Under the pieces are notes generated by a model. The model was not told where the DNA came from. It did not search any database and was given only the letters and a program-made list of their open reading frames with translations. Shown piece after piece: positions 49,405-59,594 of a stretch of 64,000 nt of DNA. This DNA is from Candidatus Poribacteria bacterium (GTDB taxonomy: Bacteria > Poribacteria > WGA-4E > PCPOR2b): positions 4,704,001-4,768,000 of the forward strand of contig OZ242351.1 of the NCBI GenBank assembly GCA_965208675.1, written 5' to 3'. The translations under genes and the position numbers were made by a program. Every line of letters begins with the position of its first letter. The stretch's first letter is position 1.

Positions 49405-50457
49405 TTGATACCGAGAGTAACAGAGGATCGTTCAGCGTGGTGGGCGACAATAACGGCCGTAACGGTTATATTATTTTTGTTGGTTGGTGATGCAGGTATT
49501 GCCGCTACGAGCGATTCTACGGATGCCATAAAACCAAAAGAGCCCCCAACGCCAAGACAAAACGCTGATTCCATGGAAGATGCGGCTAACAACCCGACAG
49601 CTTCGCTAGATGATAGCATCGCTCTTCGAGATTTTGAAATCCTTCCGGGCGGACTACTGGAGTGGTCGAATAATCTGAGGATGGGCTATGGCGGGGTAGG
49701 TCCTGGTTTTCCTCCCATCTGCGATTCAGTCCGCGCACAAAGGGGCGGCAACATTTTTCTTGAACCGCAAGGCGACTATATGCGGTGCGCCATCGACCTG
49801 CTCCCGACGTCGGGCAAGCTACCAGATTTGGACGCCACCACAGAGCTAACGATTCACCGAATTCACCCCAAAACTGTTGACGCGCGTACGGATGCGGAGA
49901 TGATTAGCTACAGCGGGATGGGCACAAAGAACGGCGTGTTTGGAATTATTGTCGAAGCTCACGGACGGGGGAGGCTGCGACCGCTGGTGTTTATGACAGT
50001 GCAAGGAGGGTTGAATGAGGGAGAAGAAAACTTCGCGGCAGAAGCCATGCGTATGAATGAAGACGGCACCATTGCACTTGGGGTCAACCGAGTTGGCGGA
50101 AAACTGAAGCGCCCGCTCGACAGCCTCACTATCCATCAGCCCGATCCGGATAAAGTTGGCGCCTACGATTCCGATTACTTGAGGTGGATTGGAAAATCAC
50201 ACGACGGGGAGATGGCTCATCAGGTCAACTGGCGCATGAACGTCGATGTAAAAAACAAGAATGGTGATTCCAACCTTGTGGTCGAGAGCGGATTTGACGG
50301 CGCCAATTACAGAAAGCGGGTGGAGATTACCGACAGCGGCGATGTGGAGCTTTCATCCATTGGCAGCGGCGTAATCTTGCGTTCTCCCAATGGCAAGCGT
50401 TGGAAACTGACCGTCGAAAATAACGGCAAACTACGAACTGACCCAATGGGACGCTAA
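49405..50457 (+). CDS. Secreted hypothetical protein with a fibre-like C-terminal tip
   Basis: N-terminal hydrophobic segment; ends GSGVILRSPNGKRWKLTVENNGKL. Confidence 0.65.
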   Translation: MIPRVTEDRSAWWATITAVTVILFLLVGDAGIAATSDSTDAIKPKEPPTPRQNADSMEDAANNPTASLDDSIALRDFEILPGGLLEWSNNLRMGYGGVGPGFPPICDSVRAQRGGNIFLEPQGDYMRCAIDLLPTSGKLPDLDATTELTIHRIHPKTVDARTDAEMISYSGMGTKNGVFGIIVEAHGRGRLRPLVFMTVQGGLNEGEENFAAEAMRMNEDGTIALGVNRVGGKLKRPLDSLTIHQPDPDKVGAYDSDYLRWIGKSHDGEMAHQVNWRMNVDVKNKNGDSNLVVESGFDGANYRKRVEITDSGDVELSSIGSGVILRSPNGKRWKLTVENNGKLRTDPMGR

Positions 50458-50591
50458 CCGCATTGCCCAGTTCACCAGTTCTTATTTGCGGGAATCAGAA
50501 TTCCGTTTTGAAGTCAGCGAATATCTGTGACACGATGCTATAATTCATACAAAAATTTTCAAACTAGATGAAATAACAGGAGACTAAAGAA

Positions 50592-51662
50592 ATGCCTGAA
50601 ATACGAACCGCGATTGTCGGCGTGGGGAATTGCGCTTCCTCACTGATTCAAGGGATTCAATACTACCGGGACGCACAAGAGGATGAATTCGTTCCCGGCC
50701 TCATGCATGTGAGGGTGGGCGACTACCATATCAGCGACATCAAAGTGGTGGCGGCCTTTGATGTTGATAGCAACAAGGTGGGACGCGATGTGGCTGACGC
50801 CATTTTCGTTGATCCCAACAACACGATAAAATTCTCGGACGTGCCCGCGACGGGGGTAACTGTCCAACGCGGACAGACGATGGACGGGTTCGCGAAATAC
50901 TACCGCGAGACTGTGGAGGAATCTACCGCTGACGTAGTGGATGTCGTTTCCGTGCTGCGCGAAACTCAAACGGACATTCTTATCAATTATCTTCCTGTTG
51001 GCAGCGAAGAGGCGACGAAATGGTATGTGGCTCAGGCGCTGGACGCCGGGTGCGCTGTGGTAAATTGCATGCCCGTTTTTATTGCGAGAAACGACCAGTG
51101 GCGGGCGAAGTTTGAAGCCGCGGGCTTGCCCATCGTTGGGGACGACATTAAGGCACAGTTCGGGGCGACAATTGTGCACCGGGCGTTAGCCAAACTGATG
51201 AGTGACCGCGGATTGAAAATGGATCGGACCTCCCAGTTGAACGTTGGCGGCAATATGGACTTTAAGAACATGTTGGAAAAGGAGCGTTTGGAATCCAAGC
51301 GCATCTCCAAGACGAACGCCGTGGTTTCACAATTGGACCATGACATTTCGCCGGACAACGTGCATATTGGACCCAGTGACTACATTCCTTGGTTAGCCGA
51401 TCGGAAATGGTGTTATCTATATCTGGAAGGCACAGAATTTGGGGATATTCCGGTGCGGTGTGAAGTTAAATTAGAGGTCTGGGATTCGCCAAACTCCGCA
51501 GGCATCGCCATCGACGCGATTCGGTGCTGCAAAATTGCGCAAGATCGCGGCATCGCCGGCGCACTTTATGGTCCCAGCGCATATTTCATGAAGTCGCCGC
51601 CAGTTCAGTACGCCGACACCGAAGCACGCGAGATGTTGGAAGCGTTCATTGCGGGTCGATAG
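50592..51662 (+). CDS. ino1: myo-inositol-1-phosphate synthase
   Basis: [49 protein letters not shown]. Confidence 0.95.
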   Translation: MPEIRTAIVGVGNCASSLIQGIQYYRDAQEDEFVPGLMHVRVGDYHISDIKVVAAFDVDSNKVGRDVADAIFVDPNNTIKFSDVPATGVTVQRGQTMDGFAKYYRETVEESTADVVDVVSVLRETQTDILINYLPVGSEEATKWYVAQALDAGCAVVNCMPVFIARNDQWRAKFEAAGLPIVGDDIKAQFGATIVHRALAKLMSDRGLKMDRTSQLNVGGNMDFKNMLEKERLESKRISKTNAVVSQLDHDISPDNVHIGPSDYIPWLADRKWCYLYLEGTEFGDIPVRCEVKLEVWDSPNSAGIAIDAIRCCKIAQDRGIAGALYGPSAYFMKSPPVQYADTEAREMLEAFIAGR

Positions 51663-51691
51663 ATTTAGAAAAAGCCATTCGGCGTTTACAA

Positions 51692-51728
51692 GGGAAAGCA
51701 GGGATATCTTCTGCTTTCCCATTTTTAT
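51692..51728 (+). terminator. Intrinsic terminator after ino1
   Basis: GGGAAAGCAG-loop-CTGCTTTCCC followed by ATTTTTATTTT. Confidence 0.7.
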
Positions 51729-51832
51729 TTTACCGTTTAAGCGGCACCAACCGTCACGATACAGCCGTTTCCCGCCGATTGGTTTTTTTTCGAAACTGGG
51801 TCAAATTCTTTATTTAGAGATAGGAGAGAAAC

Positions 51833-52183
51833 ATGCCTCAATTCCGTGCAATTCATACCATCGAGTTAAAGCAGAATGTAGATGCCGAAGTCTTTGAAGA
51901 TTTTATGTCACGCGAATATTTGCCTGCTACGCGTTCGCTGCCGGGGTGCTTGCGGGTAGAATTTCTCAAAGGGTACAAGGGGGATTTCGTGGGGGTCGCG
52001 CCGTCAAAACATGATTATGCCTGGGTGACACTTTGGGAGAGTGTAGAAGCGAACAACGCCATCTGGTCAAGGGCCGGAACACACCACACGCCAGAGGATA
52101 TTTTGGAAGTCAACGCCAAGCTATATCACTATGCCGCAAGCTATTCCTTAGTCGGCGGGTTTACTGTCGAGGCAGCGGTTTGA
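51833..52183 (+). CDS. Small dimeric alpha-beta barrel (ABM-like) protein
   Basis: GGAG SD; LPGCL and WVTLWESVEA pattern. Confidence 0.6.
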   Translation: MPQFRAIHTIELKQNVDAEVFEDFMSREYLPATRSLPGCLRVEFLKGYKGDFVGVAPSKHDYAWVTLWESVEANNAIWSRAGTHHTPEDILEVNAKLYHYAASYSLVGGFTVEAAV

Positions 52184-52322
52184 TATTCAAATAATGCACG
52201 TAGACTGAATACGCCTTGTGTGATCTGAGGGGTGTTTCCACACACGCAATTCACGGGTCACGTCTCGGTTCTTACCTTCCGCTAATTAGATTCGTCTCCA
52301 GACGGTGAACAACTGCATATGC

Positions 52323-52706
52323 TTAAGGTTTGACCGCTAAAGTGCTCGTCGGCCACTCAGGTCTAAAATCGCCTTTAGGGTCGTTGGTGAGATTGAGAAT
52401 CCGATCCGCCTTCAAATCGTAGAAATATATATCCTAGTTATCTTCGCTAAATTCACCCTTTTCTTCTCGTCCAGTGAAGGCAAAATGAGTCGCATCCGGC
52501 GACCAGACTGGTTAAGTGTCACCCTCATTCTCCAGACTGTGCGTCAACCGGCGAATCTGACTGCCATCTGGGTTCATAACATAAATCTGTCGATTGCGAC
52601 TTTCACGGTAAGAAGAAAACACAAGCTTGCCTTGTAGCATCGGTAACACATGTGTGTTGAGAAACACTACCGGGAGACAAACAACCATAACAAATTTCAT
52701 TATCAT
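52323..52706 (-). pseudogene. TolB/PD40 beta-propeller remnant
   Basis: QIYVMNPDGSQIRRLT...GDT*PVWSPD...EDN*DIYFY...RPEWPTSTLAVKP*: three in-frame stops. Confidence 0.8.
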
Positions 52707-52974
52707 TTACATCTCGGCGGTAGAACGAAAAACAGGCATCGGGTCACCCAGTTGAAATGAGCGCAGGCGACCTGTTAAATTTGAAATGTAAGCTTTTTTC
52801 GATGGGACCAATGCAATTACGGACATCTGAAGATTGGCTAGTTCTGCCAGAAGACGTTATTGCAACTTAATTTAATCCATTTTAGATGAAATTAAGCGTC
52901 ACGTAAACGATTGGGGACCTTGGACACAGTAGATTACCAAACTAGATTTTTAAAATGCACTGATTTCATCCGAT

Positions 52975-54117
52975 TTATTGAGAAGTTTGTTTCAATTCGC
53001 GAAAAGGGCGTTCCGTGGCGAGTCCATAATCATAAACGGGTGTTTCTTCAGGAACGTCTAAATGAAATTGCCCGGATACATTAGTATTCAACTCACACGT
53101 GGTGGTTTGAAGTGTCGTCTTCCCGATGCGGTCTCCCTTTTTTTGCGGATCCGTTGCGAGCAATTGATGAATAGTTTCCTCAACTTTTTCAGGGAACCAA
53201 ATACCAGGTAGATATTCCCGATACTGAAGGACGCGTTCCTTAAGATAGCGCACACCCTTTTCAAAAGGAATCAGTTCGGATTCATTATGAGACTGCCATA
53301 TATTCTTCAGTTTTACCAAGCGGAACCCTCTCTCAGTGGAGATCCATAATTTAAGACTTTCAGTGTGTGGGTGCTTTACACCGACGAGGTATGCCTCTTC
53401 ACCGTTCAACATTTCTGTTTGCAGGATTTCGCTTTCATAGGTTTCAAGGACTTTCCAAAGCGGAGTCATCAGGTAACTGTTCGGTGTTGCCTTTCCGTAT
53501 GTCATCCAGAACCTCGGATCTAAGTGCGCATGTATCACACATCCCGGGCGAACCCCATGCTCGAGGCGAGGGGTATAAACCGAGAAGTATTCCTCCGTAT
53601 AGTAGATGTAGTAGCTGAGCCCCGTTACATTGTCAATCATTTTGAGATAGGAACTTTCTTCGATGGTTTCGATGCGAAAATCGTCAGAGAAGCTGATGCC
53701 GTGGGTTTTGAACCGCTGTTTGACGGCGGGCGGAAGTTCAGGTTTCCCTTTGTTGAGCCGTTTGTGGTCGGTGGACGAGATATCGACACTGAAGAGATTC
53801 GCCTTCTCTGCATAGATTTCCCATTGTCTTTCGCCATCGTAAATCTCCGTTAAGGTGGTGTCGTTTGAATAGTCCACTCTGACTTGTGCAGTTTTAAAAG
53901 TGGTGCCTTCAAATGTGTAAACGTATGCCCTTTTATCTTCTCCTCCTAGATTGTGTTCGTAAACAAACTTTCCCTTTCCCGAAGTCACCGCTGCATCAAA
54001 ATGCTTGATGCCTGCGATGAGCGTTTGTAAGTCGAAATCAGGTGCGGCAGCGGAGAGATATGGCGTTGCTGCGAATAATGTTGCCAGAAGCAGTAGAATA
54101 AAAGTTGGTTTTTTCAT
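52975..54117 (-). CDS. Secreted protein, possibly LolA-like/lipoprotein-sorting fold
   Basis: Signal peptide (MKKPTFILLLLATLFAATPYLSA), KLWISTERGFRLVK, GIWFPEK. Confidence 0.6.
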   Translation of the reverse strand: MKKPTFILLLLATLFAATPYLSAAAPDFDLQTLIAGIKHFDAAVTSGKGKFVYEHNLGGEDKRAYVYTFEGTTFKTAQVRVDYSNDTTLTEIYDGERQWEIYAEKANLFSVDISSTDHKRLNKGKPELPPAVKQRFKTHGISFSDDFRIETIEESSYLKMIDNVTGLSYYIYYTEEYFSVYTPRLEHGVRPGCVIHAHLDPRFWMTYGKATPNSYLMTPLWKVLETYESEILQTEMLNGEEAYLVGVKHPHTESLKLWISTERGFRLVKLKNIWQSHNESELIPFEKGVRYLKERVLQYREYLPGIWFPEKVEETIHQLLATDPQKKGDRIGKTTLQTTTCELNTNVSGQFHLDVPEETPVYDYGLATERPFRELKQTSQ

Positions 54118-54188
54118 GTCAAACTCCTACGGTATGCAGCATTCAATGCGAGGTTGGGCATTGCCAGGGCTCCGCCTTAGATTGCGCG

Positions 54189-55469
54189 TTATCTTTCGAT
54201 GGAAACGCCGATGTGGTTTTGTACCATTAAGTCGTAAAAATCGCCTCCGGGCTGAAATTGCGAGTCATTCTGCGTATAGTGAATATATAGATTGCACAAA
54301 GTAAAGATTGCCTTTCTGAGTTCACGAGTTTCTTCGAAGGCTTGACGCCTTAGCAAATAAATTTCTTTGTCTTCCCGGGAAAATTCGGCGAACTCATCAA
54401 CCAAGTCCAGCAAGTCGAGGCGTTCTTCAAGGGCTTGATGGATTCTGTTGCGGAGCTCAACGGTATTAGCTTCAATCGCAGGCCGTGTCAACCCGATAAA
54501 ACGGTCTTCCCGAGGCTTTGAATCGGCTTCCGTCTCAAAAGTGTCCAGAGCTACCTCGCCGTCCATTTCAGATAGGAAAGTGTCTTTCGATTTCTGCAAA
54601 TCTTGCGGGTTGGTTTCTCCGAGTTGCTGGAAAAAATTTTCGATTTGTGCCATTTCCTCCGCAGAAATGTGAGGTTCATTGGCAGGTTGGGACGCGGTGA
54701 CGACTCTCTGTCGAGAAAAATCTGTTCGTGGTCTCGAGGTTGGTGCGATAATTTCTACCGTTGGGGACGAACCTGCCTTCGACAATATGAAATGGTGAGT
54801 CCCGATGAAACCGAGCCCAATGATGGCTGCTGTACCGACAGTGATTTTAGAAGCTGTTCCAATTTTCATGACCGTAAGTCCTCCTGTGCCTATCTGTTTG
54901 AATGTCATGGACGGAGTAACAAACACCCCAGTGAGCAGATGCCGCAACCGTTTGGCGAGTTTCCGCTTCGCACGCGACAGCCGAACTGAAATCGCCTTGT
55001 ATGACAATCCGTGCGTCCGAATCAGTTCCTCGTAGCTTGCACCGTCAAGATAGTAGCCTTTAACTAGCTCCTTGTCTTTTGTCGACAGCGACTCCATTGC
55101 GCTGCGAATCAGCGCCCTCTGTTCGTCGCGAATTAACTGCGCATCTAGGGAACCAGGAGCCTGAAACGAGTGTTCGCTCACTTCATTGATGGATACGATA
55201 TCGACTCTATGTCCCCGCAGTCGGTCTCGTACACAGTTTCGAGCAATCTCCGCCAACCAGCTATTGAATCGGGCTGCATTCTCAAGTTGCGGCAAACCGC
55301 GATAAGCATTGACAAAGACATCTTGCACAACCTCCTCTGCATCGTGGGAATCCTTCATGATTCCGATGACTATCGCATAGACGAAGGTGTGATATCTCCT
55401 GACTACGTCTGCAAATGCCTGTTCATCGCCATTCTGCGCACGAGAAATGATTGTTGTGTCGTCCGCCAC
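54189..55469 (-). CDS. ECF sigma factor with fused TM and C-terminal extension
   Basis: GDEQAF, DAEEVVQDVF, FNSWL..IARN, sigma4 YYLDGASYEE...RLSRAKRKL, then a TM segment. Confidence 0.88.
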   Translation of the reverse strand: MADDTTIISRAQNGDEQAFADVVRRYHTFVYAIVIGIMKDSHDAEEVVQDVFVNAYRGLPQLENAARFNSWLAEIARNCVRDRLRGHRVDIVSINEVSEHSFQAPGSLDAQLIRDEQRALIRSAMESLSTKDKELVKGYYLDGASYEELIRTHGLSYKAISVRLSRAKRKLAKRLRHLLTGVFVTPSMTFKQIGTGGLTVMKIGTASKITVGTAAIIGLGFIGTHHFILSKAGSSPTVEIIAPTSRPRTDFSRQRVVTASQPANEPHISAEEMAQIENFFQQLGETNPQDLQKSKDTFLSEMDGEVALDTFETEADSKPREDRFIGLTRPAIEANTVELRNRIHQALEERLDLLDLVDEFAEFSREDKEIYLLRRQAFEETRELRKAIFTLCNLYIHYTQNDSQFQPGGDFYDLMVQNHIGVSIER

Positions 55470-55497
55470 TGTTTTCCAATTCTCCTTTGCACTTAAC

Positions 55498-55534
55498 CAA
55501 GACGTAATTTTTCGGTTTTTTCTACCACTTTTTT
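55498..55534 (-). promoter_or_regulatory. Putative ECF promoter (shared with 58254-58289)
   Basis: AAAAAAGTGGTAGAAAAA-N12-(C/T)GT(C/T)TT upstream of both ECF genes. Confidence 0.5.
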
Positions 55535-55562
55535 GCTTCCGCTTGTTAGTCCTAAGTCTGGA

Positions 55563-56894
55563 CTAATGGCGCGTTTCCAATTCGGCTGCGTGCGGGGCGC
55601 AAATCTTTTTCGTTCCCAATATGTAGAGAATGTTTTTATCTACAGTGAGACATTGCGACGTCTGGGAAAGGTTTTCAAGGAGACCCAGTCCTCTCAAGTA
55701 GTTTATTTTCGGGGAGAACTCTGAAATAAACAAGCCCCCATGTTCCATGAGGATATAGACAAAATTTGCCGAGAGTTGAAAGTCTGTTATTCGTCCTCCT
55801 TCATCTGGGGCAATTTTTACCTTTTCCATCCAATTGTCGCGGGAGATTATATAAAATTCTCCACGCTCTGTGATGACATCAGTTACATGTCCTGCCTTGG
55901 GCGGGCGTTTTACTCCCGAGTTATACTGGCACCGAATGTATTCTGGTACGACCTCCACCAAAAAAATTCGATTTCCTTCCGATGGCAAAAACCATAATTG
56001 AGGGACATCATCGTAAAGATACACCCAGCAGAGATATTGCGAGGACATTTGGGCTTTAACCACCCAGTTTACGCTGAACTCAAGTAAGTTATTCCAATCG
56101 GCAAGTTGCCTTGAAAAATCGGGCGGCAGGTCGAGTTGCCTCATATGAGGAAGGCGGTGCAAATCCACCAAAGATAAGAAGTTAATTTCTGAGGTAGGCT
56201 GAATTAATTCCGCCTTTCCACGCAAGACCCGGAACAAGAGTAAAGAGGAGGGAAAATCAACCGCGTAGGACTTAACTAATCTGGGCAGTTTAGGTTGTGA
56301 GAGATCAAACACATGCAGGTATTTGTGTGCGTCATGTGCGTAGGCGTGGTTTCCGCGTATTTCCAAATCAATGAGATGGCTACGGATATGTCCTTTTTTT
56401 CCTGCGTGAAACACCCAATTTGGTTTCAGTGGATTCTTGAGATGGAGCACATACAAGCCGTTCCGAGTTGGGAAAAAGGCATAATCATCGTAAACCGCCG
56501 CTTTGCCCGAGACCGTTTCAAGCGGGAGATTCCAAAGCAGCGTTGGCGCTGCCGGATTCATTACATCCAGCAAATGAACGCCATATGCTGTGGTTGCCAA
56601 TACGAACTGTTTCCAGACGGTTATACTGCTATAATATTCGGGTTTTGAAGGCAGATAGACTGAGGACACCCTGATAGGCTTGGTGGGGTCCGAGACATCC
56701 ACAATCTCCAAAACAGTGTTAAAATCGGCAACTGCTAACCATGCTCCAGTATCGGAAATAGGTGATTGCAGATTTGAACCGCAACTATTAACACAAACCA
56801 GAAAAAGCGGAAACATCATTAGGTGTAACAAGGAAATTGAGATGAAAATCCATGTCTCTCGCTGTTTTTCTTTCACACAACTGCTTATCATCAC
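55563..56894 (-). CDS. LVIVD-repeat (beta-propeller) putative lipoprotein
   Basis: LEIVDVSDPTKP, LLDVMNPAAP, LHVFDLSQPKLP; possible lipobox VNSC; overlaps the ECF stop. Confidence 0.75.
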   Translation of the reverse strand: MMISSCVKEKQRETWIFISISLLHLMMFPLFLVCVNSCGSNLQSPISDTGAWLAVADFNTVLEIVDVSDPTKPIRVSSVYLPSKPEYYSSITVWKQFVLATTAYGVHLLDVMNPAAPTLLWNLPLETVSGKAAVYDDYAFFPTRNGLYVLHLKNPLKPNWVFHAGKKGHIRSHLIDLEIRGNHAYAHDAHKYLHVFDLSQPKLPRLVKSYAVDFPSSLLLFRVLRGKAELIQPTSEINFLSLVDLHRLPHMRQLDLPPDFSRQLADWNNLLEFSVNWVVKAQMSSQYLCWVYLYDDVPQLWFLPSEGNRIFLVEVVPEYIRCQYNSGVKRPPKAGHVTDVITERGEFYIISRDNWMEKVKIAPDEGGRITDFQLSANFVYILMEHGGLFISEFSPKINYLRGLGLLENLSQTSQCLTVDKNILYILGTKKICAPHAAELETRH

Positions 56895-58225
56895 GTATCC
56901 CCCATTAAAAACCGGATGGGTGTAATTCGCATATTAAGTATTGACCCTTCTTGTGTCACTGGAATCAACTCTATTTCCATGACTCCCTCGAAAAGAGGCA
57001 GAAGTTGTTCAAAGCCATCCATGTCCCGTGTTATTAAATAATACTTTGACAATAGGTTTGGCAATTCACTGTCAAGAGTGTCTATCCTTCGTACGGCTTG
57101 AATCTTCTGTTCATGAACTTCCGGCGTCCAGGGCACATCGGCCATGCGAATTTCCATCAGTCTTTTATACTCGTCAGTTCCGTCATAAAGCCGTTCAACT
57201 ATAGAATCAACTTCGTTCTGTCGCTCAGGGGTTAGCCCCGAATCCGACTTTGAAGTTTCCGGCTCATCATCAGAATTATCATTAGTGCCACCAGGAAAAA
57301 TTCCCTCTGCTTCTGCTATTTCTGCCAAATCTGCATCCTGTTGTGTGCCTGCTTCATCGAGTTGCGCGAAAAAATTCTCTATCTGTTCCATCTCCTCAGG
57401 GGAAATTTGGGGTTCTTCTACACGCCGGGGTGCAGTGACCGTCTTTTTACGAGTAGCATTTGTTTGGGGGGCCGAGTGGGTAGCTTCACTTGATGCTGAC
57501 GTTACAATCTCAACCAATGGGGACGAATCTTCTTTTAAGGATATAAACTGGTGAATCCCAATGAAGGCAATCCCAATGATGGCTGCTGTACCGACAGTGA
57601 TTTTAGAAGCTGTTCCAATTTTCATGACCGTAAGTCCTCCTGTGCCTATCTGTTTGAATGTCATGGACGGAGTAACAAACACCCCAGTTAGCAGATGCCG
57701 CAACCGTTTGGCGAGTTTCCGCTTCGCACGCGACAGCCGAACTGAAATCGCCTTGTATGACAATCCGTGCGTCCGTATCAGTTCGTCGTAGCTTGCGCCA
57801 TCGAGGTAATACGAACGAGCAATCTTCCTATCCTTTGGCGAGAGCGTCCCCAGTGCACCGCGAATTAGTTCCCTATGCTCTGCGATTATCAACTGCTCGG
57901 CAAGCGCGTCCGGTGTTTGGAGTTTGTGTTCGCCTACATTGTTGATGGACACGTTTTCGCTTTTTTTGTCTCGCATCCAGTTTAAGGCTCGATTTCGTGC
58001 AATTTTTGCCAGCCAAGGTTTGAATTTGGTGCGTTCTTCATACCGGGGCAAACCGCGATAGGCGTTGACGAAGACGTCCTGCACAACTTCCTCGGCGTCT
58101 TCGGGATTGCCCACAATTGCCATGACAATCGCATAAACAAAGGCGTAATGCGCCCGCAATAGGTCTGTAAACGCCTGTTCATCTCCTGCACGGGCACGGA
58201 AGATGAGGGTCTTGACATCTGTCAC
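56891..58225 (-). CDS. ECF sigma factor with fused TM and C-terminal extension (paralogue)
   Basis: Same architecture as 54189-55469, with a different C-terminal domain. Confidence 0.88.
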   Translation of the reverse strand: MTDVKTLIFRARAGDEQAFTDLLRAHYAFVYAIVMAIVGNPEDAEEVVQDVFVNAYRGLPRYEERTKFKPWLAKIARNRALNWMRDKKSENVSINNVGEHKLQTPDALAEQLIIAEHRELIRGALGTLSPKDRKIARSYYLDGASYDELIRTHGLSYKAISVRLSRAKRKLAKRLRHLLTGVFVTPSMTFKQIGTGGLTVMKIGTASKITVGTAAIIGIAFIGIHQFISLKEDSSPLVEIVTSASSEATHSAPQTNATRKKTVTAPRRVEEPQISPEEMEQIENFFAQLDEAGTQQDADLAEIAEAEGIFPGGTNDNSDDEPETSKSDSGLTPERQNEVDSIVERLYDGTDEYKRLMEIRMADVPWTPEVHEQKIQAVRRIDTLDSELPNLLSKYYLITRDMDGFEQLLPLFEGVMEIELIPVTQEGSILNMRITPIRFLMGDT

Positions 58226-58671
58226 TGTTCTTCGTCCTCCACTTCACCTTATCAAAACACGGTTTTACGACTTTTTCTACCACTTTTTTCGATTCGGCAT
58301 GGCAGTTTTTGATAAGGCCACCGTGATGCTTCCAACACTGATGCATTCAAGGAACATTTCCTTGGGGGAGTTTCAGATTTTGGCTTGTCCAAGTATGTAT
58401 CGAATTCGCCGCGGGCAAAACCAGTGCAGGCAGAGCACGTCGTTTCAATATCATACTTCAATTTTGGGCATTGAAGACTGTTGTATCACGGCAACAAAGA
58501 GTTCGGGGTCATCAATCTGGAGAGTCGTCGCTTATACCAAACTGTGCAGTTTAAACGAAATCTTGCGCCATTTCCTACACCAACAGATGAAGCGGGTTCA
58601 TTGCGACAATCAGCTTCTTGGTCCAGCCAATTGTCGGCATGAGATTCTGCGGAGTTGCAAATCTCCCGTCT

Positions 58672-59511
58672 TTATTGCTGGGGAGTTTTAATTAAAGCCC
58701 ATAGCGACAGGAGTTTTGCCTTTGGAGCGACCGCCAATGGAACAGGAGACCACACCGGTTTGACATCAGAAGCCGGATGTTGTGTGAGATTGGTCGGATT
58801 GTCACCGTCAGCATCCATAACATAAACCTCCGATATTCCATTTCTATTTGTCGTAAAGGCGATTTTCCGCCCGTCTGGAGACCAACTTGGTACGGAGTCC
58901 GCCGAGGCGTGTCTAGTAAGCCTGTCAAAGTTTTTTCCCTTAGCACTCATAACATATATCTCATCATTCCCATCCCGGTCTGTCATAAAGGCGATTTTCC
59001 GTCCGTCCGGAGACCAGCTAGGACCCGTGTCTGTCGAGGCGTGTCTGGTAAGCCGGTCAAGGTTTTTTCCGTCAGCATCCATTGCGTAAATATCCATGTT
59101 CCTATTACGCAATGACGCGAAGGCAATTCTTCGACCATCCGGCGACCATTTGGGAACGCGGTCCACTCCCGGGTCAATAGTAAGCCGGACAAAGTTTTTG
59201 CCATTGGCGTCCATAACGTAAATGTCCGAATTGCCATTAAGACCAATTGACTCAAAAGCGATCAATTGACCATCTTTCGACCAGTCTGGGGCCGAATCCA
59301 TGGAGACCGGGTTATTCAAAATGTTTCGCACCTCGGTCCCATCATCTTTCATCAAAAAAATGTCGCGATTCACACCGTGGCTATCGCGGCTTGAAGAAAA
59401 AGCAATAACTGTTTCGAGCGACCGGGCTTGATTAACCGGAATGAGGGCAATGCCCAGTATCAAACAGTAACTGCGCAGATGCGCGATTCGGTTCTTTCGT
59501 ATGAAATTCAT
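58672..59511 (-). CDS. TolB-like PD40 repeat secreted protein
   Basis: Repeated P.WSPDGRKIAF; tail LAVAPKAKLLSLWALIK. Confidence 0.88.
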   Translation of the reverse strand: MNFIRKNRIAHLRSYCLILGIALIPVNQARSLETVIAFSSSRDSHGVNRDIFLMKDDGTEVRNILNNPVSMDSAPDWSKDGQLIAFESIGLNGNSDIYVMDANGKNFVRLTIDPGVDRVPKWSPDGRRIAFASLRNRNMDIYAMDADGKNLDRLTRHASTDTGPSWSPDGRKIAFMTDRDGNDEIYVMSAKGKNFDRLTRHASADSVPSWSPDGRKIAFTTNRNGISEVYVMDADGDNPTNLTQHPASDVKPVWSPVPLAVAPKAKLLSLWALIKTPQQ

Positions 59512-59594
59512 GAGTTGAGCCTCCTAGTTAGGATTCATTCTGAGATTAGGTTAGTTGATTTGCACACTCGGTTTCTCACCCCAATCGTGCGATG

